DNA of 64,000 nucleotides from Candidatus Omnitrophota bacterium (GTDB lineage: Bacteria; Omnitrophota; Gorgyraeia; Zapsychrales; Zapsychraceae): contig JAIORP010000197.1 of NCBI GenBank assembly GCA_021108075.1, positions 20,509 to 84,508 on the forward strand. The letters are read 5' to 3'. Positions 1 to 10,378 of the stretch are shown here, piece by piece. The notes under the pieces are model-generated. The model searched no databases and was not told where the DNA came from. It saw nothing but the letters and a program-made list of their open reading frames with translations. Within the stretch, counting starts at the first letter, position 1, and the number at the start of each line of letters is the position of its first letter. The position numbers were made by a program, and so were the translations under genes.

Positions 1-16
1 TTTAAAGACTTTTGTC

Positions 17-1321
17 TTGGCCGTATGTTTTTGTATGCTATGTTCTTTCAGTCCAAAAAACGTATGTGCTGAAGTAACAAATGAGATGTTGCTTGAGAAA
101 ATTGAACAAATGGATTCCAGGATAAACGAGCTGGAAGGTCGATTGGCAGTTTATGAAAATAAAGAGAAAGGGAATCAAACAAAATTAAGCCGGGTTGAAA
201 AGAAGATTGACGGGCTTGATAGCAAAATTAAAGAAGAAAGATCATCCGGGATTGCTCCTTTAGTTAGAGGTGTTGAAATCGGAGCAAGCGCAACATATGT
301 TTATCAATTTACTGATAAAGCCAATGGAGATGATTTATCAGAAAACAGCGAAGATGTTGGTGATGCGAGTTATTCAGTCGACATATCATTAACAAAAGAA
401 TTTAAAAACGGAACGGCATTTATCGCAACAGAGGCAGGCGAAGGTGCTGGTGTTGATGATGAACTATCTATTTTCAGTACCATAAATGCTGACGCAACTG
501 GAGGGGATTCAAATATTGGTATTACAGAAGCATGGTATGAGCATCGGTTTGTACCTTTAACAGTTACAGTGGGAAAAGTTGCGGCTGATGTTTTTATGGA
601 TTCAAATGAATATGCCAATGATGAAACAACACAATTTTTAGGTTCGGAATTTAAACATTCTTCAACTATTGAATTCCCTGATAATTCTGTTGGGTTGATT
701 ATTGGCGTATCCCTTTCAGACACAGTTACAGCAGAAGCGATTCTGATAGATGGCAATGCTGACTGGGAAGATATGTTTGAAGATACATTTTATGGAGGAC
801 AATTTACAATTAGTCCTGAGATTGCAGGAAAAGCAGGCAACTATCGTGTGTTTGGATGGGGAAGTGGCCGGGATCATACGAAATGGAATGATTCAACCGC
901 CGTTCAGGAAAATTCTTATGGGTTTGGTTTGAGTGCTGATCAGGAGCTTACAGACATTATTGGTGTGTTTGCCCGGTATGCATGGCAAAATCCTGAAGTT
1001 TATTTAAACAGCGAAAGCTATTCATTAGAGCATTCCTACAGTTTTGGTATGCAAATAGTCGGTGAACCATGGGGAAGAGATGAAGATGTCGTTGGAATTG
1101 CTTTTGGACAAATTTTTCCTTCTGATGATTATAAAGCTGCGGGAAGCAATCTAAAAGCTGATTCCGAAGGGCATATTGAATTTTATTATAGCTACAAAGT
1201 TAATAACCATTTAACAATCAGTCCTGATGTACAAATTGTCATGAATCCGTATGGCAGTGATGCAACAAATGGTGATGACACAATTGTTATTGGCGGAATA
1301 AGAGGTCAAGTCGATTTTTAA
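17..1321 (+). CDS. Outer-membrane porin-like protein. N-terminal coiled-coil followed by a beta-barrel region. Possibly OprO/P-type phosphate-selective porin. The N-terminus may lie upstream of the window.
   Basis: ORF of 434 aa. Heptad-like charged N-terminal ~70 aa (EKIEQMDSRINELEGRLAVYENKEKGNQTKLSRVEKKIDGLDSKIKEE). Then alternating hydrophobic/polar beta-strand-like segments rich in G/S/T/D/N/Y. Ends in aromatic F (GQVDF), typical of OMP barrels. Sits directly upstream of a PiT-like transporter. Confidence 0.45.
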   Translation: MAVCFCMLCSFSPKNVCAEVTNEMLLEKIEQMDSRINELEGRLAVYENKEKGNQTKLSRVEKKIDGLDSKIKEERSSGIAPLVRGVEIGASATYVYQFTDKANGDDLSENSEDVGDASYSVDISLTKEFKNGTAFIATEAGEGAGVDDELSIFSTINADATGGDSNIGITEAWYEHRFVPLTVTVGKVAADVFMDSNEYANDETTQFLGSEFKHSSTIEFPDNSVGLIIGVSLSDTVTAEAILIDGNADWEDMFEDTFYGGQFTISPEIAGKAGNYRVFGWGSGRDHTKWNDSTAVQENSYGFGLSADQELTDIIGVFARYAWQNPEVYLNSESYSLEHSYSFGMQIVGEPWGRDEDVVGIAFGQIFPSDDYKAAGSNLKADSEGHIEFYYSYKVNNHLTISPDVQIVMNPYGSDATNGDDTIVIGGIRGQVDF

Positions 1322-1333
1322 TTAATATTTATA

Positions 1334-1375
1334 GCCCCTTGTTTAAAAGCCTACTCTGTTAAATAGGGGCGGGCC
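1334..1375 (+). terminator. Possible weak stem-loop terminator after the porin gene
   Basis: GCCCCT ... AGGGGC inverted repeat (1334-1339 / 1365-1370) with a long 25-nt loop. A T-tract follows only after ~10 nt (catattttt). Confidence 0.25.
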
Positions 1376-1433
1376 ACCATATTTTTAAATAATAGGTGTT
1401 CAGAATGTAGGCAGAAAAAAGGTCAAGGAAACT

Positions 1434-1580
1434 GTGGGGAGAATTCTCGAAACGATTAAGAATAATCTCAAAGTCACCCGGAATGAATTAATAGATGTGA
1501 CGAATTTAACTCGCAGAAGTGTTGAATTGAATCTCAAGAAATTAAAAAATGCTGGACTGATTCGTATTATTAAGGAATAA
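1434..1580 (+). pseudogene. Short winged-HTH ORF or fragment (RecG-C-terminal / Fic-associated HTH_24-like). Likely a gene remnant.
   Basis: Translation VGRILETIKNNLKVTRNELIDVTNLTRRSVELNLKKLKNAGLIRIIKE. No ATG start (GTG only). Its stop codon TAA coincides with the TAA flank of a MITE copy. Confidence 0.3.
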
Positions 1581-1583
1581 TAA

Positions 1584-1685
1584 TACCAATTTCATTAAAT
1601 AATGACCAAAATCAATTCTGATGTTCTCGACGTTTTAGCGAGAACATCAGAATTGAAATAAAACAATTCATTAATGGATTTGGTA
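1584..1685 (+). mobile_element. MITE-like element copy 1 (102 bp). Carries an extra internal 17-bp perfect hairpin.
   Basis: TACCAATTTCATTAAATAATGACC ... GAATTCATTAATGGATTTGGTA with imperfect ~16-bp TIRs. Flanked by TAA on both sides. Internal CAATTCTGATGTTCTCG / CGAGAACATCAGAATTG inverted repeat. Homologous copies at 14077, 15582, 36591, 48914 and 49497. Confidence 0.8.
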
Positions 1686-1741
1686 TAAAAATAAAATAAA
1701 TTATACAATAAAAAAATAGCTATGGGTAAGGAAATTGTCAC

Positions 1742-2779
1742 ATGCTTTCACCAATGTTTTCAATACTATTGATTCCATTTCTTGCAGCAATGTTTTTAGC
1801 AATAAATATGGGCGGCAGTGGAACAGCTCCATCATTTTCTGCCGCTTATGGATCAAATATTATTAGAAAAGATCTCATCCCAGGTCTTTTTGGGTTGTTT
1901 GTCTTTTTTGGCGCAATATTAGCTGGTAAAAAAGTCGTTCTAACTGTTGGAAAAGGCATTCTTCCCGGAGAGATGATAGGCCTAACGCTCACAACAATAA
2001 TATTGTTATCCGTAGGGCTCTCGCTTTTGCTTGCAAATTTGTTAAAGATCCCTCAATCGACAAGTCAGGCAACAATTTCTGCGCTTATTGGTCCTGCTGT
2101 TTATTTTAATGTCCTAAAAACGCACAAACTGTTTTTTGAGATACTACCAACTTGGTTTATCTTACCAATAGTATCTTTTATCATCACTCTGTTTATTGGA
2201 AAATTTATTTACAATCCGATGAAACACAGAAAAATAATAAAATTCAAGGAAATTTCAACACATCCCATATTAAAAATAGCTGTCATATTAACATCGTGCT
2301 ATGTAGCTTTTGCAATTGGCTCTAATAATGTTGCTAATGCTGCTGGGCCTATTGCATCAATGATCTCAAATGAGCTAAACATTATTGTTCAGGGAGATAA
2401 ATTTGTACTTATAATGATTCTTTCCACACTAATTATTGCTCCGTGTTTTGCTATTGGTAGCTCACTTTTTGGCGGGAAATTAGTAGAAACAACGGGGAAG
2501 GAGATTATAAATATTGGACCTTTAGGCGCTTGTTTGATTGCAGGCGTCACGGCAACATTGCTTTTATTAGCATCAGTGACACGAGGAATCCCCACTTCAT
2601 TAGTTCAAATGAATACAATGGCAATAATCGGTCTGGGGATTTCTAAAGTAGGGTGGAAAGAAATGTTTACACATACAACAGTAAAAAAATTGCTGATTAT
2701 TTGGATCATAGCGCCAGTACTTGCTCTATTTTTATCATTCTCCTTAACAGTATTGGCAGATAAAGTAGGCTTATTATGA
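1742..2779 (+). CDS. Inorganic phosphate transporter, PiT/PHO4 family-like polytopic membrane protein
   Basis: 345 aa with ~10 predicted TM helices. Duplicated motifs resemble the PiT signature (NMGGSGTAPSFSAAYGS near the N-terminus and AIGSNNVANAAGPIA in the second half, cf. GANDVANA). Confidence 0.5.
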   Translation: MLSPMFSILLIPFLAAMFLAINMGGSGTAPSFSAAYGSNIIRKDLIPGLFGLFVFFGAILAGKKVVLTVGKGILPGEMIGLTLTTIILLSVGLSLLLANLLKIPQSTSQATISALIGPAVYFNVLKTHKLFFEILPTWFILPIVSFIITLFIGKFIYNPMKHRKIIKFKEISTHPILKIAVILTSCYVAFAIGSNNVANAAGPIASMISNELNIIVQGDKFVLIMILSTLIIAPCFAIGSSLFGGKLVETTGKEIINIGPLGACLIAGVTATLLLLASVTRGIPTSLVQMNTMAIIGLGISKVGWKEMFTHTTVKKLLIIWIIAPVLALFLSFSLTVLADKVGLL

Positions 2780-3160
2780 AAAATATTTTCTAAAGCGGAG
2801 CTTTTCAGCGAACAACGACTTCCTCCTCGTTACGATTCCAATTGCATTTTCCGGGTTAAGATCTTCTCAATTTTACATCCCGGCATATGAATATAACTGC
2901 TGATACCATTACTTTGCGTCGGTTACCTCCGGGCTGTTTAGTTTGCAACCAAACGTTATCAATTCTCGTTGGTAACTGATGCTTTTTTATTTCTTCTTTG
3001 ATCTCAACGACTTACAACTTTTCTTTCAACCTAAACATGAAAAAAGCATATTTTTCTTGTATCAATTTGACAAGGGGAATTTCATATGCTATTTTTGAAA
3101 TAGAATAAATGTAATATTTGCAAATAATATCGCAAATAGAATATAATTAAGGAGTACGGA

Positions 3161-3541
3161 ATGAGAAAAATTCTAATAATTGATGATGATCAAAATTTAA
3201 CAAAACTTATTCAGGCTCATCTAAATAAGTTAGGATATACGGTCTTACTTGCCCATACTTCAGAAGACGGCATAAAATTGGCCAAAAAGAATAAACCGGA
3301 CTTGATTTTAATGGATGTCATGATGCCGGGAACCGATGGCGCCGAATCTGTAAAACTCTTAAAAGCAGATCCGATTGTAAGTGATATTCCCGTTATTTTT
3401 CTGACAGCTCTAATTTCCACAGATGGAGAGAATGAGCAACAAGAGAAGGTATTAGTAGATGATATATATTACGAAACAATAGGAAAACCTTTTGAGTTGA
3501 ACGATTTAATAGAAAGAATCAATAATAAATTACCTGGATGA
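3161..3541 (+). CDS. Single-domain response regulator (CheY-like REC)
   Basis: KILIIDDDQNLTKLI...KPDLILMDVMMPGTDG...IPVIFLTA. Canonical DD, phospho-acceptor D and T/K positions. Confidence 0.85.
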   Translation: MRKILIIDDDQNLTKLIQAHLNKLGYTVLLAHTSEDGIKLAKKNKPDLILMDVMMPGTDGAESVKLLKADPIVSDIPVIFLTALISTDGENEQQEKVLVDDIYYETIGKPFELNDLIERINNKLPG

Positions 3542-3556
3542 ATCAGGAGAACATCA

Positions 3557-3934
3557 ATGAATGACCCGGCGAAAAAAATATTGATCATAGATGATGATCA
3601 CGCTATGAGTACGTCAATAAAAAATTTCTTAATGATTTATGGAAAATATATGATTCAAAATTTTCAGTCAGTACTTGGGCTGAAGATGTTATTAAAATTC
3701 ACACCTGATCTTATTATTCTTGACGTGAAAATGCCGGATAAAGGTGGTTATGAGATCGGCATGAATATCAAAAACAACGCCGGGTTAAAACATATTAAAA
3801 TCATTGAAGTCTCCAGAGTATCAGGAGGAATAGAAGCTGCTTGTATGGAGACGTTTGGAGCGGATTATTATTTCGAAAAACCTCTTGATACACATAGATT
3901 TAATAAATTTGTCAACAAATTAATAGGTCATTAG
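3557..3934 (+). CDS. Single-domain response regulator (REC), divergent
   Basis: KILIIDDDHAMS...TPDLIILDVKMPDKGGYEIG. REC fold motifs present. Confidence 0.75.
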   Translation: MNDPAKKILIIDDDHAMSTSIKNFLMIYGKYMIQNFQSVLGLKMLLKFTPDLIILDVKMPDKGGYEIGMNIKNNAGLKHIKIIEVSRVSGGIEAACMETFGADYYFEKPLDTHRFNKFVNKLIGH

Positions 3935-3936
3935 AT

Positions 3937-4518
3937 ATGAAAAAAGAATTTTTAACAACCGGGCAAGTAGCAAAATATTGCGAGGTGAATTATCGCACGG
4001 TTTGTAAATGGATTAACACAGGAAAAATTGAAGCGTTCGGAACCCCCGGTGGTCATAACAGGGTGAAAAAAAAAGTTTTTTTAAATTTTTGCAAAAAATA
4101 CAACATACCTATTCCCAGAGAGTTATCAACATCTAGCACAAACAAAATCAAGAAAAAAATACTTATTGTTGATGATGATAAGCAGATGGTTAAATCGATG
4201 AAAGGCATGCTTCTATTAGAAAATAGATATGACGTTGAAGTTGCCTTTGATGGATTCAGCGCAGGCAAAAAATTCTCAGAATTTAAGCCCGATCTCGTTA
4301 CGCTAGATATTAAAATGCCTAAAATGGATGGCTTTGAAGTATGCGAACAAATACGCAAAGATCCTAATAATGATGAAGTAAAAATTATGATTATATCGGG
4401 ATATTTAAAAAAAGAAGACATAAAAAAAGCCCATTCTTTAGGAGCAGATGGGTGTATTTCAAAACTTATTAATATGAATAAATTAATAAAAACTATTCAT
4501 GAACAAATAAATAATTAA
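3937..4518 (+). CDS. Response regulator with N-terminal excisionase/MerR-type HTH (HTH_17-like) and C-terminal REC domain
   Basis: N-terminal LTTGQVAKYCEVNYRTVCKWINTGKIEAF (Xis/MerR-like HTH). C-terminal KILIVDDDKQMV...KPDLVTLDIKMPKMDGFEV REC. Confidence 0.75.
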   Translation: MKKEFLTTGQVAKYCEVNYRTVCKWINTGKIEAFGTPGGHNRVKKKVFLNFCKKYNIPIPRELSTSSTNKIKKKILIVDDDKQMVKSMKGMLLLENRYDVEVAFDGFSAGKKFSEFKPDLVTLDIKMPKMDGFEVCEQIRKDPNNDEVKIMIISGYLKKEDIKKAHSLGADGCISKLINMNKLIKTIHEQINN

Positions 4519-4534
4519 ACAAGAAGGAATTATT

Positions 4535-5443
4535 ATGAAAACCCGACAAATTATTTCCAAAAAATCTATTTACTTGTATTTATTGTTTTTGATGTTGCCG
4601 ACAATGTTCGTAGGAAATGTTTCCGCCCAAAATCTTGATGAAATAAAAGGGAAGGGTGTTCTTAGACATTTAGGAGTTAAGTATGCGAATTTTGTTACTG
4701 GAAGCGGTGATGGCTTAGACGTCGAGCTTATGCAGTTATTTGCTGAATATTTAGGAGTAGAATATGTATATGTTCAGACTTCATGGTCAGATGTGATCGG
4801 TGATTTAACAGGAAAAAGAGTTAAGGCAAAAGGAGATGATATTGAAATTATTGAAGATGTTCCTATCAAGGGCGATATCATCGCTAATGGATTAACAAAA
4901 TTGAATTGGAGAGAGAAAGTAATTGATTATTCAGATCCGACTTTTCCTTCACAGGTATGGCTTATTGCAAAAGCAAATTCTTCTCTCAAACCGATAACTC
5001 CCACTGGAAATATTGATGAGGATATAAAAATGACAAAAGAGCAGCTTAAGGATCAATCTGTTCTTGCGGTAAGTAATACTTGCCTTGATCCGAAGTTATA
5101 TCAATTAAGCAAAACAGGTGCTGATATTAGGCTTTTTACAGGAAATTTAAATCAAATAGCTCCTGCTGTTATCAAAGGGGACGCAAGTTCATCAATTCTG
5201 GATGTTCCAGATGCTTTAGTTGCTTTAGAAAAATGGGCTGGTGAAATAAAGGTAATAGGTCCGGTTTCTCATCAGCAGGTGATGGGTACTGCTTTTAGAA
5301 AAGACTCTCCAGAATTAAAAACAGAATTTAAAAAATTTTTTACTCAATGCAAAGATGATGGTACTTATTTAAGATTAATAAATAAATACTATCCAGCAGT
5401 CTTTGATTATTTTAGTGAATTTTTTAGTGATATTGTTAAGTAA
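4535..5443 (+). CDS. Periplasmic substrate-binding protein, family 3 (amino-acid ABC-type / sensor-associated SBP)
   Basis: Signal peptide (LYLLFLMLPTMFVGNVSAQ). SBP_bac_3-like pattern VLRHLGVKYANF...GLDVELMQLFAEYLGVEYVYV..W. Confidence 0.6.
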   Translation: MKTRQIISKKSIYLYLLFLMLPTMFVGNVSAQNLDEIKGKGVLRHLGVKYANFVTGSGDGLDVELMQLFAEYLGVEYVYVQTSWSDVIGDLTGKRVKAKGDDIEIIEDVPIKGDIIANGLTKLNWREKVIDYSDPTFPSQVWLIAKANSSLKPITPTGNIDEDIKMTKEQLKDQSVLAVSNTCLDPKLYQLSKTGADIRLFTGNLNQIAPAVIKGDASSSILDVPDALVALEKWAGEIKVIGPVSHQQVMGTAFRKDSPELKTEFKKFFTQCKDDGTYLRLINKYYPAVFDYFSEFFSDIVK

Positions 5444-5546
5444 GCATAAAAAATGATACGTAGTTGATTTTTATGTGGTATTAAATCATTTTGTTGGTTA
5501 TTGCAAGTGTAGGTGGAAGTGAGAAAAAATATCTTAAAAAACATGT

Positions 5547-7511
5547 ATGGAAGAAGTGCAAATGAGAAACAAAATAGTTCAAAATCATATTGAGGGAATA
5601 GTGTCAGTTGTCGTGTTGCTGATTGTCACCTGTTTTATTCTTTATTTAATTTGGGGCAATTACCTATCACAAAAGGATTTAAGTGAAAGTATTAAAAAAT
5701 CATTTATCAATAGTGTCGAGGAGCAGGTTTTAAAAATCAGTCAGTGTTTTAGGCAAATGCAGGAGGGAGTGGAGCAATTATCGAAAAGCAGAGAATTGGA
5801 AATATATTACGAAAATAAAGCTTTGGGAATGTCTTTAGAATACGGGTTAAAAGCAAGTATTTTAAATATTAAATCAAGATTTAATGCTGTAATGGAAAAT
5901 CAAATTATTGGAACGAAGCATGTTTTTGAGAAACTGGCTTATGTTGAAAGAGAAGGCAATGTCTTGATTGATCCAGGAAAGATTGATAAAGAACTCGATT
6001 TATTTCAAATTGCGAGCAAGTCTTCTCAGGCAGGTGATTTCCTTGTTCTGAAAAATCAAAATAACTTTATTTATATAGTAACACCTTTTTATTTTAAAAA
6101 TGAACATCGAGGACAGATTGTTGCGAAAATATCCACTGATGTTATTAAGCAAAATATTGATTCTAATGCGAATAAAGAAAATATACTCAAAAAACAATTA
6201 TTTCTCGTTTATGAAGATAACATTTTAGATGCTGTCCTTGATTTGTCTGATGCACAAAAAAATCAAATTAATCACTTTTTAAGTAAAACAATGAATATCT
6301 CTACGAAGCATTTGATCGAAATAAAAACAAAAAACAAAAAATATAAGGACGTAACTGACGATGGAATGTTAGCATACAAAACTGCGATTGAGGACACCCC
6401 TTTTGAATTATTGGCTATAATATCTAAACATACGCTTTTGGGTAAGCATAATCCAGGCAACCTATTGTTTGTTCTTGGAACGATTACTTTCTTTCTTATT
6501 TTAATTGTTCTTTTTTCATTCAAAATGAGCCTGAAGAATGTTGCGTTGGCAATAAAAATAAAAGAAGAAAAAGAAAGAGTGAATTTGATAGAGCAAAAAG
6601 TTGGTGAACGCACCAAGGAACTAATAGGCTTAAATAATATGTTATTAGAAGAAATTGAAGATCGAAAGAAGGCAGAAAACAAATTGAAGCAAGCGCAGGC
6701 TCAACTAGTTCAATCTGAAAAACTCGCATCAATTGGTCAATTGGCAGCCGGAATTGCCCATGAGATTAACAATCCTATGGGATTTATCGGAAGCAATATT
6801 GAAATATTCAGACAATTTTTATCAAATAACAAAAAATTATTAGACCAGATGCAAAAGATCAAAAAAGCCATCAACGTGAAAGATATCGAGAAATCCCATA
6901 GACTCGTTAGTGAAATGAATGAGATTGAAAATCAAATAAATATAGATTATTTTAAGGAAGAGCTTCCGGAATTAATTAAAGATGTGCAAAAGGGTGTTGA
7001 TAGGGTAAACAAAATAGTTTTAGATATGAAAATATTTTCCAGGGAAGACACGGGAGAGATTGATATCTTAAATGTTAATAATGTTTTAGATGATATAATC
7101 AGGATTACGTGGAATAAAATTAAATACAATTGCGTACTAAAAAAACATTACGGAGATATTCCTTGTATTAATGGAAATCAACAGAAACTGGGGCAGGTTT
7201 TCATGAATTTGATCATAAACGCTTCACAGGCTATCGAGAATAAGGGGCGGATTAACATAAAAACATACGCGCAAGATAACAATATCTGTATTGAAATAAG
7301 TGACAATGGAAAAGGCATTGAAGAAGGAAACCTTAAAAAAATTTTTGATGCCTTTTATACCACAAAACCTGTCGGCGAAGGAACAGGGTTAGGGTTAAGT
7401 ATAAGTTATGAAATAATCAAAAAACACGGTGGGGATATAATTGTTGAATCCCAAGTCGATAAGGGGACAACATTTATTATTTCTTTGCCAAAAGAATACG
7501 GGATAAAATAA
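5547..7511 (+). CDS. Sensor histidine kinase: two TM helices flanking a periplasmic sensor region, HisKA + HATPase_c
   Basis: H-box [27 protein letters not shown] boxes NLIINASQAI ... [20 protein letters not shown] segments near aa 20-40 and 305-325. Confidence 0.85.
   Translation: MEEVQMRNKIVQNHIEGIVSVVVLLIVTCFILYLIWGNYLSQKDLSESIKKSFINSVEEQVLKISQCFRQMQEGVEQLSKSRELEIYYENKALGMSLEYGLKASILNIKSRFNAVMENQIIGTKHVFEKLAYVEREGNVLIDPGKIDKELDLFQIASKSSQAGDFLVLKNQNNFIYIVTPFYFKNEHRGQIVAKISTDVIKQNIDSNANKENILKKQLFLVYEDNILDAVLDLSDAQKNQINHFLSKTMNISTKHLIEIKTKNKKYKDVTDDGMLAYKTAIEDTPFELLAIISKHTLLGKHNPGNLLFVLGTITFFLILIVLFSFKMSLKNVALAIKIKEEKERVNLIEQKVGERTKELIGLNNMLLEEIEDRKKAENKLKQAQAQLVQSEKLASIGQLAAGIAHEINNPMGFIGSNIEIFRQFLSNNKKLLDQMQKIKKAINVKDIEKSHRLVSEMNEIENQINIDYFKEELPELIKDVQKGVDRVNKIVLDMKIFSREDTGEIDILNVNNVLDDIIRITWNKIKYNCVLKKHYGDIPCINGNQQKLGQVFMNLIINASQAIENKGRINIKTYAQDNNICIEISDNGKGIEEGNLKKIFDAFYTTKPVGEGTGLGLSISYEIIKKHGGDIIVESQVDKGTTFIISLPKEYGIK
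6700..7500 (+). repeat. Tandem duplication copy A: kinase core of HK 5547..7511. Roughly 85-90% nt identity to 9540..10340.
   Basis: Direct comparison of 6721-6970 with 9556-9805 shows long identical runs (e.g. ggatttatcggaa, caatattgaaatattca, aacaaaaaattatt, agtgaaatgaatgagattga). Confidence 0.8.
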
Positions 7512-7513
7512 AA

Positions 7514-8326
7514 ATGAAAAAATCAAGTAAGAAAAAGCAATTGAAAAATGCCCTGGTACTTATATTTGTTTCTTTAATTATAGGAGCGACTATTGGATGC
7601 CAGTCTAATTTAAAGGAAGATAAAGAAGAAAAAAAAGAACTCTTGATTTACTGCGGGATAACTATGATCCGCCCCATGAGTGCGATCGCAAAGATTATAG
7701 AGGAACAGGAAAACGTAAGAATCCATATAACCAAGGGGGGCTCAGGTAATTTGCTTAAATCAATAATAATTAATAAGGTGGGTGATCTTTATCTGCCCGG
7801 TTCTGATTCATACATTAAGACTTGCTTGAAGGAAGGTACTGTTCTAGATACTGTCCATGTAGGATATAATAAAGCAACGATTTTAGTCCAAAAAGGAAAT
7901 CCAAAAGGAATAACATCTGATCTGGCAAATTTGACCAAAAAAGAATACTATGTTGTTATCGGAAATCCTGACAGCGGAAGTATAGGCAAACAAACAAAAA
8001 AGGTTCTTGAGGCACGCGGTATTTTTGATGAAGTCATTACAAATGCAAGGGAATTAACCACGGATTCTAAAAAGCTTGTGCAAGTATTAATAAATAAGGA
8101 AGCTGATATTGTGATCAATTGGTTTGCCACATCGACATGGGAAGAGAATGAGCCTTATGTGACAGCGATCCCTATTGATGGACAATATGCGACAAAGAAG
8201 AAATTGGTTATGGGCTTGCTTAAAACATCAAAGTATCCTGACATTGCAAGAAAATTCATGAAATATGCCGCATCTGAAAAAGGGCGAGAGCTGTTTAACA
8301 AATATGGTTTATTCGATATAAACTAA
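7514..8326 (+). CDS. Periplasmic substrate-binding lipoprotein, ModA/TupA-like (PBP2 fold, molybdate/tungstate-type)
   Basis: Lipoprotein-like signal (LIFVSLIIGATIGC). Motif ITKGGSGNLLKSIIINKVGDLYLPGSDSY matches the ModA S-S-S-G-x-L-x-x-Q-I ... D-L-F-x-S-x-D pattern. Confidence 0.5.
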   Translation: MKKSSKKKQLKNALVLIFVSLIIGATIGCQSNLKEDKEEKKELLIYCGITMIRPMSAIAKIIEEQENVRIHITKGGSGNLLKSIIINKVGDLYLPGSDSYIKTCLKEGTVLDTVHVGYNKATILVQKGNPKGITSDLANLTKKEYYVVIGNPDSGSIGKQTKKVLEARGIFDEVITNARELTTDSKKLVQVLINKEADIVINWFATSTWEENEPYVTAIPIDGQYATKKKLVMGLLKTSKYPDIARKFMKYAASEKGRELFNKYGLFDIN

Positions 8327-8338
8327 AATGGAAAAATT

Positions 8339-10378
8339 ATGCATATTAAATTAATGTTAAAAGAGCCCATACAAAGAAAATTAATAATTTTGGCTATTTT
8401 GTTTGTCATTTTAGTTGTCATATTAACGGTCATACAGATATATTCTAATCATCTTAAAGTGAACTGGTCTCGGATTATTAAAAATGAAGAATCACATTTA
8501 AAATTAAGTAACATTTTGTATGACTATTTTCTTGACGCAGAAATGGAGTTTATAAGGTTAGATTCTGATAATGATATAAGAGATGTGGTTTCCTCACAGA
8601 ATAAACTGAGTCATATTTCAAGTGAAATACAAAAAATTTTGACTGTTCTACAGAATGGAGGGCAATACAATCACACTATAGCTGTGAATTTTTATAATAT
8701 AAATGAAATAAAGGAAAAAGTGTATTTTTCTCTTGATAAACAGGAGAGGTATAATATTGAAAAAATTGAATTAACTCCAAAATTAATGGGACTTATAGAA
8801 TTGACAAAAGAAATGATTCAGGTAAAAAACAATACTTTGGATAAATTTAGCCCTGAGCATGAAATGCTCGTAGCAGAAAAAGATATATTGCTGAAAAAGA
8901 TTTTAACATTATTGACCAGGTCTAAAGAAAATGCGAATAAAATAAAATATGATGTCGGAGAAAAATTTAATAGCTTGTCCGATAAAAAAGAAAGGCTTGA
9001 AAGGAGTCTTGGGGTCTTAAGGTATGTTTTTACAGGCATCTCATTTCTTATCTTTTTAATGGTTTTAACAAAAACGATTTTTTCAATACAAAATATTCTT
9101 AAAGACAGAGAAAAAGTTAACACAAAACTAAAAAAATCTTTTGAAACAACAAACTTAATTCTTGAAAAAATGCCTATAGGTTTGATTGTCGTCGGCAAGG
9201 ACAAAAAAATACGAAAAATAAATGCGGGCGCAAAGGATTTAATCGGAGTGGCGTCCGATGAGGATATAAAAGGTAAACTATGCCACAATTTTATCTGCAC
9301 GTCTGGGATAGGTGAATGTCCCATCCTGGATCTTGACCAAAAAATTAACACTGAAGAAAAAGAATTACTTACTGTTAAAGGTGAAAAAATTCCTGTTATC
9401 AAGAGCGTCATTCCTGTGGTGCTTGACGATGAAGATGTTTTGCTGGAAACTTTTATAGATATCAGAGAAAAGAAAAAGTCTGAAGAGATTGTTGCGAAAT
9501 ACCAGGAGCATCTGGAAGAAGAGATTGAGACGCGTACCGCTGATTTAAAAGCAACTCAGGCTCAATTGATACAGGCTGAAAAACTCGCCTCAATAGGCCA
9601 ATTGGCAGCCGGCATTGCCCATGAGATCAATAATCCCATGGGATTTATCGGAAACAATATTGAAATATTCAAACAATTTTTATCGAACAACAAAAAATTA
9701 TTGGACCAGATGCGAAAGATCAAAAAATCTATCAACGCGAAAGATATCGTGAAATCCAACAGGCTCGTCAGTGAAATGAATGAGATTGAGGACCAAATAA
9801 ATCTAGGTTACTTTGAAGATGAACTTCCCAGTTTAATAACAGACGCCCAAAAAGGGGTTGAGAGGGTAAAAAAAATAGTTTTAGATATGCGGACATTTGC
9901 CAGAGAAGATAAGGGACAGATTGAGGATGTCGATATTAACAAGGTTTTAGACGATATCATCAGGATTGTTTGGACTGAGATCAAATACAATTGCGATCTC
10001 AAGAAAGATTATGGAGACATCCCGTTTATTAAAGGTAGCCCTCAAAAACTGGGACAAGTTTTTATCAATTTCTTTTTAAACGCTTCTCAAGCTATTGATA
10101 AAAAAGGGCAGATTAACATAAAAACATACGCGCAAGATAGCAATGTTTATATTGAAATATGCGATACCGGAAAAGGCATTGAAGAAAAAAATTTTCAGAA
10201 GATCTTCGATGCCTTTTATACTTCAAAACCTATCGGGGAAGGAACGGGCCTGGGATTAAGTATTAGCTCTGAAATTATCAAGAAACACGGTGGAAATATA
10301 AAAGTTGAATCTCAAGTCGGCAAGGGGACGACTTTTATTGTTTCTTTGCCAGTCAACACTGTCAAGGAGGATATATAG
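8339..10378 (+). CDS. Sensor histidine kinase (paralog of 5547..7511): TM - periplasmic region - TM - PAS - HisKA - HATPase_c
   Basis: C-terminal 270 aa almost identical to the upstream HK ([37 protein letters not shown]...). PAS-like segment [26 protein letters not shown] with Cys cluster [13 protein letters not shown]. Confidence 0.85.
   Translation: MHIKLMLKEPIQRKLIILAILFVILVVILTVIQIYSNHLKVNWSRIIKNEESHLKLSNILYDYFLDAEMEFIRLDSDNDIRDVVSSQNKLSHISSEIQKILTVLQNGGQYNHTIAVNFYNINEIKEKVYFSLDKQERYNIEKIELTPKLMGLIELTKEMIQVKNNTLDKFSPEHEMLVAEKDILLKKILTLLTRSKENANKIKYDVGEKFNSLSDKKERLERSLGVLRYVFTGISFLIFLMVLTKTIFSIQNILKDREKVNTKLKKSFETTNLILEKMPIGLIVVGKDKKIRKINAGAKDLIGVASDEDIKGKLCHNFICTSGIGECPILDLDQKINTEEKELLTVKGEKIPVIKSVIPVVLDDEDVLLETFIDIREKKKSEEIVAKYQEHLEEEIETRTADLKATQAQLIQAEKLASIGQLAAGIAHEINNPMGFIGNNIEIFKQFLSNNKKLLDQMRKIKKSINAKDIVKSNRLVSEMNEIEDQINLGYFEDELPSLITDAQKGVERVKKIVLDMRTFAREDKGQIEDVDINKVLDDIIRIVWTEIKYNCDLKKDYGDIPFIKGSPQKLGQVFINFFLNASQAIDKKGQINIKTYAQDSNVYIEICDTGKGIEEKNFQKIFDAFYTSKPIGEGTGLGLSISSEIIKKHGGNIKVESQVGKGTTFIVSLPVNTVKEDI
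9540..10340 (+). repeat. Tandem duplication copy B: kinase core of HK 8339..10378
   Basis: See copy A at 6700..7500. Confidence 0.8.

Noticed and set aside
8818-9411. 197-aa minus-strand ORF inside the second histidine kinase
   Set aside because: It is antisense to a well-supported HK gene in AT-rich DNA. The translation is Phe/Ser/Leu/Ile-rich low complexity.
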